Source: Kiritimatiellia bacterium (lineage in GTDB: Bacteria; Verrucomicrobiota; Kiritimatiellia; RFP12; JBMNHG01). From it: 64,000 bases of DNA. Below are positions 46,249-56,100 of this stretch, piece by piece. Below the pieces are notes generated by a model, which saw nothing but the letters and a program-made list of their open reading frames with translations, was not told where the DNA came from and did no database searches. The stretch's first letter is position 1, and each line of letters starts with the position of its first letter. The translations under genes were made by a program, and so were the position numbers. The stretch spans positions 428,337 through 492,336 of the forward strand of contig JBMNHG010000003.1 of assembly GCA_050950285.1 (NCBI GenBank), given 5' to 3'.

Positions 46249-47577
46249 TCATCCGTCCAAACGAGGAAGTTTGTCAGGCATGGTTGAATCGATGTTCGCA
46301 ATGCCTTTTGGAAGGTGGCAGGCCACGCATTCGACGCCGGTGGAGTCGGCGATGCTCATCGCATGTTTCCAGCCCGGGTGGTCGGTTGTCCAGTGGAGTC
46401 GGACGCCGTCGAAGACGACGTCGCGCGCCTTGTAGACGCGGAAAGCGCAATCGGTCGATCCGCGCCCCCACCATTCGCCTCGGACGTGCCCCGGGTAGGG
46501 GCCCACGCCGCCGCAGCGCATGTCGAGATCGCGTACGCGGATGTCGGCGATTTCGCCGCCATCGATGCCGATGATGTTGAACGTGCAGCGCACGTCGGCC
46601 GAAATGTCGGCAAGCGACACGCGGCGGATGTGGCGCGGCGTCGCAAGCGGCGGGTCGGTATCGAAGTTCGCGAGCTTGATGTTCGCCAAACGGTGCGCCT
46701 GGACCTGCAGATGGCGGAAGGAGACGTCCTCGATGTCGACGCCGGTTGAGCCGGCTCCGTACCGTGCGACGAGGCAGATCGCCGTACGGGTGTCCTCGAT
46801 CACGAGATTGCTGAAAAGACAGCGGCGGATGAGTCCGTCTCCGACGCCGACGCGGATCGCGTTGTCGTTGTAGCTGGAAAGGATGCAGCCGGTGACGACG
46901 ATGTTCTCGCACGGGCGCGCCGTCGTGAGACGCTCGCCGTTGGCGCGGACGGCGATCGCGTCGTCGCCGGTGCGGATGATGCAGCCGGAGACGACGACGT
47001 CGCGGCAGCAATCGATGTCGATGCCGTCGTTGGTCGCCTGGCGCTTTTCGCCGTCGATGCGGAGGCGGCTCAGGCGCGCGTTCTCGCATCCGTGGAGGAA
47101 GAGGTGCCAGTAAGGGGCGTTGCGCAGCTGGAGGCCATCGACGACGAGGCCCCTGCATTCGCAGAGGAAGACCATCTGCCCCGGGCGGCCGGGCTCCGGG
47201 AGGTAGGCCGGCGTCGTGTCGGAGAAACGACGATTCCAGAAGCCGCAATCGCCGTCGATCGCGCCGCCGCCCGTGAGCGACACGTCCTCCACGCCAACGG
47301 CGGAAAGGAGGTGTGCGCCGGTCACGGTCTCCTGTGTGAAGACTCCGTTTTGCGGGCAGTAGTCGTCGGCGTTGTAGTCGGCGCGGTCGCGGCTCGCGAG
47401 GAGCGTTGAGCCGCACTCGAGGTGCAGTCCGCCATGGCTTCGCAGGTGGATCGTGCCCGAGCGGTAGGTTCCGGGCGGGAGCAGGGCCACCCCGCCCGAG
47501 TCGACTGCGCGCTGGATCGCCGCCGTGTCGTTCGCAATGCCGTCGCCGACGGCGCCAAAGTCTTTTACGTTTTTCAT
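46249..47577 (-). CDS. GH28-family glycoside hydrolase (polygalacturonase-like), cytoplasmic
   Basis: NVKDFGAVGDG..NDTAAIQRA, PPGTY..GTI.L, NAPYWH, NDGIDID and TGDDAIAV. Confidence 0.85.
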   Translation of the reverse strand: MKNVKDFGAVGDGIANDTAAIQRAVDSGGVALLPPGTYRSGTIHLRSHGGLHLECGSTLLASRDRADYNADDYCPQNGVFTQETVTGAHLLSAVGVEDVSLTGGGAIDGDCGFWNRRFSDTTPAYLPEPGRPGQMVFLCECRGLVVDGLQLRNAPYWHLFLHGCENARLSRLRIDGEKRQATNDGIDIDCCRDVVVSGCIIRTGDDAIAVRANGERLTTARPCENIVVTGCILSSYNDNAIRVGVGDGLIRRCLFSNLVIEDTRTAICLVARYGAGSTGVDIEDVSFRHLQVQAHRLANIKLANFDTDPPLATPRHIRRVSLADISADVRCTFNIIGIDGGEIADIRVRDLDMRCGGVGPYPGHVRGEWWGRGSTDCAFRVYKARDVVFDGVRLHWTTDHPGWKHAMSIADSTGVECVACHLPKGIANIDSTMPDKLPRLDG

Positions 47578-47622
47578 AGGTCCAAGATCGGGAGGTTGGA
47601 TGTCCAAAGTCCAGGGTCGGGG

Positions 47623-50600
47623 TCAGTTGCCAAGGCGGATCCTCGGCACGTCGGCGAATCCCGGAGTCGCCTTGAGGCGCGGCGGGAGTTCGGCCGAGGC
47701 CGAGCCGGCCCGGGTGTTGAAGCGGTAGGTTCCGGGGCGCGGGAAATCGAACCATGCGCGGCCGTCACGGTCGGCGCGGACGCCCGTGCGCTCGCCGGAG
47801 GCGGAGATGGACCAGACGTCCGTGCCGGGAGCGGCGCCCTCGACGACCGCCTCGGCGGCGCCGCCCTCCCGCAACGCGGGCTGCGGGCGCAAGGTGTCGC
47901 GGTAGGCGTCGTTCACGGCGTTGCGGACATGCGAGGGATGGTCGGGGTCGAACCAGTTGATCATGTCGCAGCCGTATTGGTCGTTGTCGGTTCGCACGTG
48001 CAGGGGCTTCTCGCCGCGGCCCGAGAGCGAGGGCCAGGCCACGGCGCTCCAGCGGTGCTCTTTGAGCTCGGAGCGTTTGTAGCCCCACGGGTTGCCGAGA
48101 CCGGTCTCGTCGGCCTGGATGAAGCCGTCGAGTCCGAGGCCCATCGTGATGAAGCCGGGCACGCTCTCGTCGATGTAAACCGGGATCACGGCACGGACGA
48201 TGCGCGCCTTCTTCTCGACCTGTTCGGGCACGGCGCCGATGAAGTTGTCCCACGCGCCGTAGCTGCAGTAAAGCGTCTCGCCGAAGAGCGCCGGACGCCA
48301 GGCGTAGAGTTCGGGCCAGTTGCGGACAAGCTGCGCGACGTCGAAATCCGGGTAGTGGTAGTTGGCGGTATCGCACGGCGGCTCCTCGAACCACCGCGCG
48401 GAGGGGCTGTGCGTGCCGACGTCGCCGTCGCGCGTGAGGACGCGCGTCGGATCGAGCGATTTCACGAACTTCTCGTAGAGCGCGCCGATGCGGTCGTTGC
48501 GAACGTTGAACTCGGCCTTGTCGGCGGTGTCCCACGCCTGCGTGAGGATCTCGTTGTCGGTCGAGAGCACGACGACGGACGGGTGGTTGCGGATCCGCAA
48601 GTGCCAACGCCGGTAGTTGGCGAGGTTCCATGCGTGCGCGGCAGTGCCTTCCCACTGCTCGAAGGGGAGGAAATTCTCCTCGTAGGGCGTTGTCTCGGTC
48701 GCGTCGTGGATGCGCGGATACATCTGCGCGTAGACGAGCATGCCCATGCGGTCGGCGTCTTCAAGCGACTTGGCGTCGACGTTGGGCGACGAGATGCGGA
48801 CGATGTTGATGCCGTCGGCGCGGATGAGCGGCCAATAGATCTCGCGAAAGCGCGACTGCATGTCCAAGCGGTCCTGCCCGGTCGTGTCGCCCTGCAGGTG
48901 GATGTGGCGTCCGTTGAGGAAGAAATCGGTCTGGAATATCCAGAACTCGCGGAATCCGAAGCTTTCGCGGTGGCGGTCGACGAGGCGCCCGTCCGCGTAA
49001 AGGTCGGTCACCAGTTCGTAGAGATCCGGGCTGCCGTATGCGCCGCCGATGCCCCAGACCTTCGGGTCGGCCCAGCCGGAGGCGGTGCGGAGTGTCGCGG
49101 CGGAGCCGGGCGCGAGCGTCGCGCGCACGGGCGGGAGCCGGAGCCGGACGCGGTCGCCGGCCTCCACAACGGAGGCGCGGACTTCGACTTCGACGGCGGA
49201 CGGGGCGGCGTTCGTGAGGTCGATCTCGGCGTCGAGCGCCGCGCGCCGCCAGCTTGGACGCGCCCACACGCCGGCGACACGAACGCCCGAGGGCACGTAG
49301 TCGATGTAAACGCTTCCGCGCAACCCCTCGCACGAGTGCTCGCCCCAGTCCTGACGCGACCACTCGACCTCCAGTTCGTTGGCGCCGTCCACGAGGCCGG
49401 CGGCGAGCGGGACGCGCACCTCGCCGCAGATGCCGTCGTAGGCGCCGCAGACGGTGCCGTTCACGCGAACGACGGCGCGGCCGACAATGCCCTCGGAGAC
49501 GAACTCCGCCGTGCCGCGTCCATCCCAGTCGAACCGGGTGCGGTAGAAGGCGCGCGGCTCGGTGATGCAGGCATGGAACGACGTCTCGCCGTAGGCGGGG
49601 TCTGGAAACTTCGCGCTGTGCGGGTCGCCGGGGACGGACGCCTTCGCAGGCACATGCCAGCCGACGAAATAAGGAGAGCTCTGGATTCCCGGCACGGATG
49701 CGGGATGCCACGTGGCGCGGTCCTTCGAGACCTCCCAGACGCCGTTGAGGCAGAGTCTCGAACGGAGCGGAGCCGGAGGGACCGCGAGCGGCTCGTCCAG
49801 CGACCGCGGCGCGGCGGCGACCGCCGCCGCGCGCTCACGCGCATAGATCGCCTCGCGAGCCGCATAGGCTGCGGCGCGCGCGGCCTTGGCGTCTTCGCGC
49901 TGTTGCGCGAGCGCGGCAACACGCGCCTCCAGCGCGGGGATCGTCGCATTGCGCAACGTTCCGATTTCCCGCGCGAGCGCGACGTTCTCCTCCCGCAACG
50001 CGTCGATCGGACGCGGCGGATGCAGCCGCGCGCCGAGCGCGGCGATCGCCTCGTCGCCCGGATCGGCGGAAACGGCGAGTCCGGGCACGGGCGCGCCGTC
50101 CTTGTCCAGAAGCTGCACGCAGAAGCCGCCGCCGCCGCGCCGGTTGCCGATCTTGACGAGCAACACGTTGAGGCCTTCGGCGAGGCGCGCGTCGTACAGG
50201 AAGTTCCCCGGGATGACACCCTGCGACGAGAACCGCTCGCCAATCACGCGGCCGTTGAGAAACACCCGGTTGTCGTCGTCGGAACCGACGGCGACCACGA
50301 CGTCGCATGCCTTGGGCGCGTCAATGTAGCAACAGGCGTAGGCGACGAACCATTCCTCGACCGGCGTGAAAAATCCGTCGAAATAGATCACGCCGTTCGC
50401 GAACGCATGGGGCTTCCAGGCGACGTCGATTTCACGCGTCTCCTTCCAGCCCCATTCGTTCACCGCGCCGACGCCGGCGATGAGTTTGGCCTTGTCCGCG
50501 ACGAACGTGGCGCGAGTGGCCTGCCCCGGTCGCGGCAACGCATCGCTTTCGCCGCCGAACGGCACAAGCAGGTCCGCGCGGATGCCCTTGCCCGTGCCGT

Positions 50601-50757
50601 CCTCCTGCTGCTCGTTCGGGAACGGCCCGGCGACAAGCCAGTCGAGAAGGAACCCCTTGTCGTCCGGCGCCCCCGCCGGCAGCGCTCCCGATTCCGTTGG
50701 GAAGAACGCGAACGGCAGGGGAAGGATCCAGGGAAGCAGGAAAGACGCGTTTCTCAT
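47623..50757 (-). CDS. Secreted GH2-family glycoside hydrolase with N-terminal PA14-like domain and leucine-zipper linker
   Basis: WLVAGPFPN...GSDD...LNG...GLNVLLVK domain, then LNGVW, W...PDLY, FGFREF...FFLNG, ADRMGMLV and RNHPSVV..STDNE. Confidence 0.85.
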   Translation of the reverse strand: MRNASFLLPWILPLPFAFFPTESGALPAGAPDDKGFLLDWLVAGPFPNEQQEDGTGKGIRADLLVPFGGESDALPRPGQATRATFVADKAKLIAGVGAVNEWGWKETREIDVAWKPHAFANGVIYFDGFFTPVEEWFVAYACCYIDAPKACDVVVAVGSDDDNRVFLNGRVIGERFSSQGVIPGNFLYDARLAEGLNVLLVKIGNRRGGGGFCVQLLDKDGAPVPGLAVSADPGDEAIAALGARLHPPRPIDALREENVALAREIGTLRNATIPALEARVAALAQQREDAKAARAAAYAAREAIYARERAAAVAAAPRSLDEPLAVPPAPLRSRLCLNGVWEVSKDRATWHPASVPGIQSSPYFVGWHVPAKASVPGDPHSAKFPDPAYGETSFHACITEPRAFYRTRFDWDGRGTAEFVSEGIVGRAVVRVNGTVCGAYDGICGEVRVPLAAGLVDGANELEVEWSRQDWGEHSCEGLRGSVYIDYVPSGVRVAGVWARPSWRRAALDAEIDLTNAAPSAVEVEVRASVVEAGDRVRLRLPPVRATLAPGSAATLRTASGWADPKVWGIGGAYGSPDLYELVTDLYADGRLVDRHRESFGFREFWIFQTDFFLNGRHIHLQGDTTGQDRLDMQSRFREIYWPLIRADGINIVRISSPNVDAKSLEDADRMGMLVYAQMYPRIHDATETTPYEENFLPFEQWEGTAAHAWNLANYRRWHLRIRNHPSVVVLSTDNEILTQAWDTADKAEFNVRNDRIGALYEKFVKSLDPTRVLTRDGDVGTHSPSARWFEEPPCDTANYHYPDFDVAQLVRNWPELYAWRPALFGETLYCSYGAWDNFIGAVPEQVEKKARIVRAVIPVYIDESVPGFITMGLGLDGFIQADETGLGNPWGYKRSELKEHRWSAVAWPSLSGRGEKPLHVRTDNDQYGCDMINWFDPDHPSHVRNAVNDAYRDTLRPQPALREGGAAEAVVEGAAPGTDVWSISASGERTGVRADRDGRAWFDFPRPGTYRFNTRAGSASAELPPRLKATPGFADVPRIRLGN

Positions 50758-50775
50758 GGTGGACGGATCTCCTCG

Positions 50776-51384
50776 CTAGGGATCGGACTTCTCGTAGACC
50801 TTCACGTTGCGGAACCAGACCTTGCCGGTGCCGCCGCCGGGGCCGTAGGAGAGCATGAAGCCCCCGCCGTGCGGAACGGCGTACTCGAAGGCGACCGGCG
50901 TCCAGTCGAAAGTCCCCGCGCCGACGTTGGCGCTCGGCCAGTTCGGCGAAGCCCCCGCAACCGGCGCATAGGCGCCAAACTTCAGGTTGCGCGTCCCGAC
51001 GAGGTTTTCGCACTTCACGTCGGCCTCGCAACGGTAGGTGCGGCCGGGTGCGAGCTTGAGCCAAATGTCGCGGTTCTTCTGGTTCCCGGGCGTCGCGTCG
51101 AAGAAGCACGGCGCATTCGTCTCGTAGGCATGAAGAAGCCGCCAGCGGGGTTTGGCGGACGGCGGCTCGGCGCGTTCGCCGGTCATGAGCTCGGCGACCG
51201 TCTTCTCGATGCGAATCGATCGCTCGAGCCGCTCGCATTCGTTGCTCAGTTCGGCTTCGCGCGTCCGCAGCGCGTTTTTCTCCGCCCGGAGGCGGGTGTT
51301 CAGCTCCTGTTCAGGCGATGATGCGGCGAAAGCGGCGAGGGCGGCGAGTGGCATGAGAAAAAGAAGGCGGGAGGGAAGGTGCAT
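50776..51384 (-). CDS. Small secreted protein: leucine zipper plus CBM4/9-like domain
   Basis: Signal peptide, heptad L repeats, then LAPGRTYR...GTFDWT...GTGKVWFRNVKV. Confidence 0.7.
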   Translation of the reverse strand: MHLPSRLLFLMPLAALAAFAASSPEQELNTRLRAEKNALRTREAELSNECERLERSIRIEKTVAELMTGERAEPPSAKPRWRLLHAYETNAPCFFDATPGNQKNRDIWLKLAPGRTYRCEADVKCENLVGTRNLKFGAYAPVAGASPNWPSANVGAGTFDWTPVAFEYAVPHGGGFMLSYGPGGGTGKVWFRNVKVYEKSDP

Positions 51385-51408
51385 GGATCGGGGTTCGGAA
51401 GCCGGGAA

Positions 51409-53106
51409 TCACTTCATGTAGTCCTCGGAGACGACGCGACCGAGGAGGTAGTATTTGGCGCTCCCCGGATACCAGAGGACGCCTTCGTCGCCGAGCATCG
51501 TGTAGCTCGTGTAGTAGGAGTTCCAGTGCGTGTTGGGCTCGACGAGTTTTGGCGTGCCGTCGAACGCAACAGGCTGATGCGCGCCGGGCACGTAGCGTCC
51601 GGGCACGAGGTAGAGCGGGCCGCGGTGGTCGGTGACCTCCAGGTGGAAGAGGCCGAAATAGAGGCCGCTCGCGGCCTCGGGCCCCTTCCAGTCGTAGCAT
51701 GGGCAGGGGGAGACGGAATGCGCGATCGCGGAACCTCCGTCGCGAACGAGGAGCGGTTCGGTCTTCGACCACGTGCGCCCGTCGTCCGCGCTCGCGCTCC
51801 AGACGGGCGAACCGCCCGACGCGCGCATCACCGCGAAAAGGCGCCCGTCGGGGAGCTTCATGAGCGAGGGCTCCTCGCAGATCGCCTTGCCCTCGGCGTC
51901 GGGCTCCACGCGAAGCATGTCGTCGCCCACGGCGTAACGCGAGATGCGGATGTCGCGCACGGGCGGATCGTCGTCGATGTTCTCGTATTCCCAGATCTCG
52001 CATCCGCCGGCGCGAGAGGAGCCGACAAGGAACCGGCCGTCCCTGCCGAGGCGCAGCGGGCGCTGCCAGTTGCACCACCAGCGGGTGCCGGCCTCGCCGC
52101 GCGCGATCTCCCCCGGGGTGCGCAAGTCGATCGGAACCTTCTCCGGCTCGCTCCATGTCAGGCCGCCATCGTCGCTGTAGATGCCGGCCATCGACTTGTC
52201 GGCCGGGCTCCACAGGCAGTAGAGGCGGCCGCTTCTCGAGAGCATCGGCTGCTGCCACGAGGCCGTGTCGACGCGCTCGGCGCGGTTGGTCGTCATCGAA
52301 CCGGCGAGCGCGCGCGGCTCGCTCCAGGTGAGGCCGCCGTCGACGGAGCGCGAATAGGCGGTGTGGTGGTCCGCGGCCGTCTCCAGCGTCGCCTGCGTCC
52401 AGAACGCATGGAAGACGCCGCGGGGGTCGTCGCGGATCACCTGGAAGTGGTCGTTGTAGGTGTCGTGCGCCCCGGCTTTCACCTGCTCCCAGCGGCGTTC
52501 GGGGCGCTTGGGGATGTAGACCGCGAAGTCGGGCTTCGTGGAGAGGATGCCGCTCACGACGTCGGGCGGATAGGACGCGCGGAGGCGCTCGGCAAGCGCG
52601 CGGTTTCGCGCGGTCGGGCGCTGGACGGGGAGGTTCGAGCCGTCGAAGCCGAAGATCACGGCCCACTTGCCGAACGCGAATGTCTCGCCGGCCTCGACTT
52701 CCTTGCGCCAGACGGTCGCGACATCAACGAGGTTGCGACCCCACGCCTGGAAGGGCGCGACCGAATCGTCGCGGACGAACCCGGCCGCGCGCAGCGCCTT
52801 CTCCTGGGAGACGTTCGACGTGCGCTGCGCGGGCGACAGGACGAAGAGCGCGCCCGCCCGTTCGACCGTCGCCGCGGAGCCGTCGTGGAACGAGCCGCGC
52901 AGGAAGAGTTCGCCCTTGAGCGCGTCGGGGATCGAGCCGAGCGCGAAGGAGCGGTCGCGGAAGAGCAGCGCGCCGGGAGTGAGCTCGGCGGCGGCGAGCG
53001 GCCCGGGCGCGAGCATCGCGCGGGGCGTGTCCGCCGCGTCGGCGGGCGCGGCGATCAGGGCCGCCGCCAAAAACGGAATCGGGAAAAATGCGGGGAGTCT
53101 TTTCAT
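51409..53106 (-). CDS. Secreted sialidase-like BNR/Asp-box beta-propeller (GH33-like)
   Basis: Signal peptide, Asp boxes SVDGGLTWS, SDDGGLTWS and SADDGRTWS, and EEPSLMKLPDGRLF..MR. Confidence 0.8.
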   Translation of the reverse strand: MKRLPAFFPIPFLAAALIAAPADAADTPRAMLAPGPLAAAELTPGALLFRDRSFALGSIPDALKGELFLRGSFHDGSAATVERAGALFVLSPAQRTSNVSQEKALRAAGFVRDDSVAPFQAWGRNLVDVATVWRKEVEAGETFAFGKWAVIFGFDGSNLPVQRPTARNRALAERLRASYPPDVVSGILSTKPDFAVYIPKRPERRWEQVKAGAHDTYNDHFQVIRDDPRGVFHAFWTQATLETAADHHTAYSRSVDGGLTWSEPRALAGSMTTNRAERVDTASWQQPMLSRSGRLYCLWSPADKSMAGIYSDDGGLTWSEPEKVPIDLRTPGEIARGEAGTRWWCNWQRPLRLGRDGRFLVGSSRAGGCEIWEYENIDDDPPVRDIRISRYAVGDDMLRVEPDAEGKAICEEPSLMKLPDGRLFAVMRASGGSPVWSASADDGRTWSKTEPLLVRDGGSAIAHSVSPCPCYDWKGPEAASGLYFGLFHLEVTDHRGPLYLVPGRYVPGAHQPVAFDGTPKLVEPNTHWNSYYTSYTMLGDEGVLWYPGSAKYYLLGRVVSEDYMK

Positions 53107-53131
53107 GCGTGCAGGGTCCGTTCGCGTCGTC

Positions 53132-56100
53132 CTATCGTACGATGACAACCGTTGCGGGGGATGGGCGATAGAGAAGGCCTTCGGCGGCGAGCGCGCCGCG
53201 CGAGACGCGCCACTCGTCGATCGATCCAACGAAACCCGGGGCATCGGTGCCGGTCGCCGGGGCGCCGATCGCGAACGAGCCGAGCGCCCAGGCGCGGCCG
53301 GTCGGCGCGAGGCAATCCGCGACGGAGCCTGAGGGGCGACCGTTCACATAGAGCGTCCACGTGCCGGCGGAGGCGTCGCGGGCGAGCGCGATGTGCGTGC
53401 AGGCGTCGGCCCAGGGCGCGGGATCCGCCGTAAATGCGCCATCGGCGACAATGCCGCTCCAGGAAAAGGGCGACTTGGCGAAGATGCGCACGCAGGGCGC
53501 CTCGCCGGTGGCGTCGAGCAGGAGCCGCCAGCCCCCGAGGCGCGAATCGGACCAGGTTCCGAAGAGCGTGAGGGGAGCCGATCCCGTGGCGCCGTTCCAA
53601 AGAAGCCAGCCCTCGACTGTGAACGAGGTGCCGGGATCAAGGCGGTTGCCAAGGTATGGGGCGCGGAGTGCGCCCGCCGAGGCGAACGCGACCGACCCGT
53701 CGTTGCGCGCGGCGTCGCCGTCGAAACCGGCGGTGGCGTCGGCGTTGGGGACGCGCGCGACCAATGGGGCGGACGAGCCGGAGGCGACGCCCGATTCGTC
53801 AACGAGCGCGTAGCCCGATGTGACGGCGCTCGAAAGGCCGGCCGCGCCCGCGTCGTCGTCGAACTCCCAGTAGGCGAGCGTCGCCAACTCGGTCGATTCC
53901 GAGAGCACCGGCGCCTCGGGCGGGGCGCAGAGGAACTGCGAGGGTTCGAGGGCGGCGCGGCTGACGCGGATCGGCCCGAGGGCGCCCCAGAGCGCGTTGC
54001 CGCTCGGGCGGGAGCCGATGCCGATGCCGCTGAAGGTCGAGGCGCGGTAGGTCCTCTGCGTGAGCGCGCCCGCGAGCGCGCCGTCGAGGTAGAGCTCGGT
54101 GATGACGTCGAGGGACGACCCCTTTCGCCTGTGCGTGAGCGCGAGATGGTGCCAGGCGTCGGTGTCCGCGATGAGATCCGCCGTGCCTGGAAACAGGACG
54201 TCCATCGTGCCGGTCGTGTCGGCCGAGAGTCGGAAGCCTGCTTTGCGCGACGTAAGTGCGAAGGGGATGGAGCCTGCGCCGTCGTTGTTGTAGAGGTCGC
54301 CGTAGATCAGGATCTCCCAGTCGCGCATCGCGCTGGCGCGCTTCAGGTAGAACTCCACCGTCCACGGGTCGTAGCGGCTGCCGAGGAGGCTGCACACCGC
54401 GCGGTCGCCGGTCCAGAAGCCGCCGGTGGCGCCATTGCCGCCGCCCGTGCAGAGGATCGTGGAGCCGGTCGTGACCGCGCTGTCGCCGCGGAAAGCGGGC
54501 GTGGCGTCCGGGTTCGTCACCGTCGGCGCGTCCGAGGAGCCGGTGTTCGAGCAGTGGGCAAGCCTGGTGATGGAGTCGTCGGTGGAGAAGGCGTAGTTGC
54601 CGGTCTCCGACGCGCCGGAGAGGAAGAGGCGGTTCCGCACGCCGAGCGGCCAGTAGGCGAGCGCGGCCGCGGCGCTCCCGGACGAGGCGTTGAGGAACTG
54701 CGCCGGCGCGAGCGCGGAAGCGCATGCGCGCCAGCAGTCGAAGTGGCCGTAGACTTGATCTCCGGCGTCGCCCGTCGTGCCGGTGAATGCAGGATAGGAC
54801 GGATACTTGCCGCCGAAGACGGACGTGCCGGCAAGATAGGCGTTCGTGGCGGCGAGGCCGCCCGCAAGGAGCGGCGCGCGCGTGTTCGAGACCGAGCCGC
54901 AATGTTCCCCGTCCTTGTAGAGCGTCCACGCGCCGTTGCCGGCCGTGGCGTCGTAGACGAGCGCGAGGTGCATCCAGCCCGTCGCGCCGAGACCGAACGC
55001 GCCGCCGGGAAACGCGCCGTCGGCAAGGCCCTCGCCCGAGTCGTCGGCGGCCGCGATGCGGAACGAGCGCACGCCGTGCCCGCCGTTGGTGATGATGAGC
55101 GACCAGCCGTAGGCGGGGTCGCGCGTGGCGAAAAGCCGTCCGGACGCATTGCTCGCGGAGGCGGAGAATCCTTCCTCTTGCTCCGGGCGGTACCAGCCCT
55201 CGACCGTGAAGCTGGAAGCGGGCGTGAGCGCCGAGCCGAGCCCGGGCGCGACAAGCGCCGCGCCAGGAGTCTGGGCGGAAGCGCAGCCCGTCTTGGAGGA
55301 CGAGAGCGCGGCGGCGCCGTTGGGCGGCTGGCCGGTCGGAAGAGCCGTGTCGTCGGGTTCGGGAAGCATCGCGGAAACGAACCGGGACGAATTGAGGACG
55401 AACTTGCCCAAGTCTGCCGCGCCGACGTGGTCGGCGACGTCGAAGACGCCGTCCGCATGGCCCATCGTCCAGTAGGCGACCGTCGTCGAGGGCGGGTTGC
55501 GGCATGCGGCGCCGACGAGGCCGGAGCCCGGCGCGCCGCAGAGGAGGCTCGCCGGCCCGAGCGATGCGTCGGAGAGGCGCCAATAGTCCATCGCGCCACG
55601 GAAGGCCTTGCCGTCGCCGCGGCCGCCGAGCCGGAACGCGCCGGCCGCCGTCGGGAGGTTCGCGCCCGCGCCATAGCCTCCCGAAACGACGGTGCCGACG
55701 GCCACGCCATCGAGGTACATCGTGAACGAGCCGCCGAGGCGGCCGGCGAGCGCGATGTGGTGCCATGCGCCCGTGAACATTTCACTGAAGTCGGCCTCGG
55801 AGTAGGCCGCGAACTTCCGATCCATGTTCGAGAGCGAGTCGTAGAATTCAAACGAATAGAGGTAGTTGCCGCCGGCGTCCTTGGAATTGTGGCGGATCGA
55901 CCAGATCCACGTGCAGGACGGGCGGGGGACGCCGTCGCCGCCCGTCGCCGCCGCGACGTTGAAATAGGCGACCACCATCCATTCGCCGCGTTCGGGCGGG
56001 GTGTCGAGGCGGCACCAGCCCTCGAGGGTGAAGGCGTTGGTCTGCGCGAACACGCCGGTGAAGTCCGCGGACACGCCGGAGAAGTAGTAGCCGTACTCGG

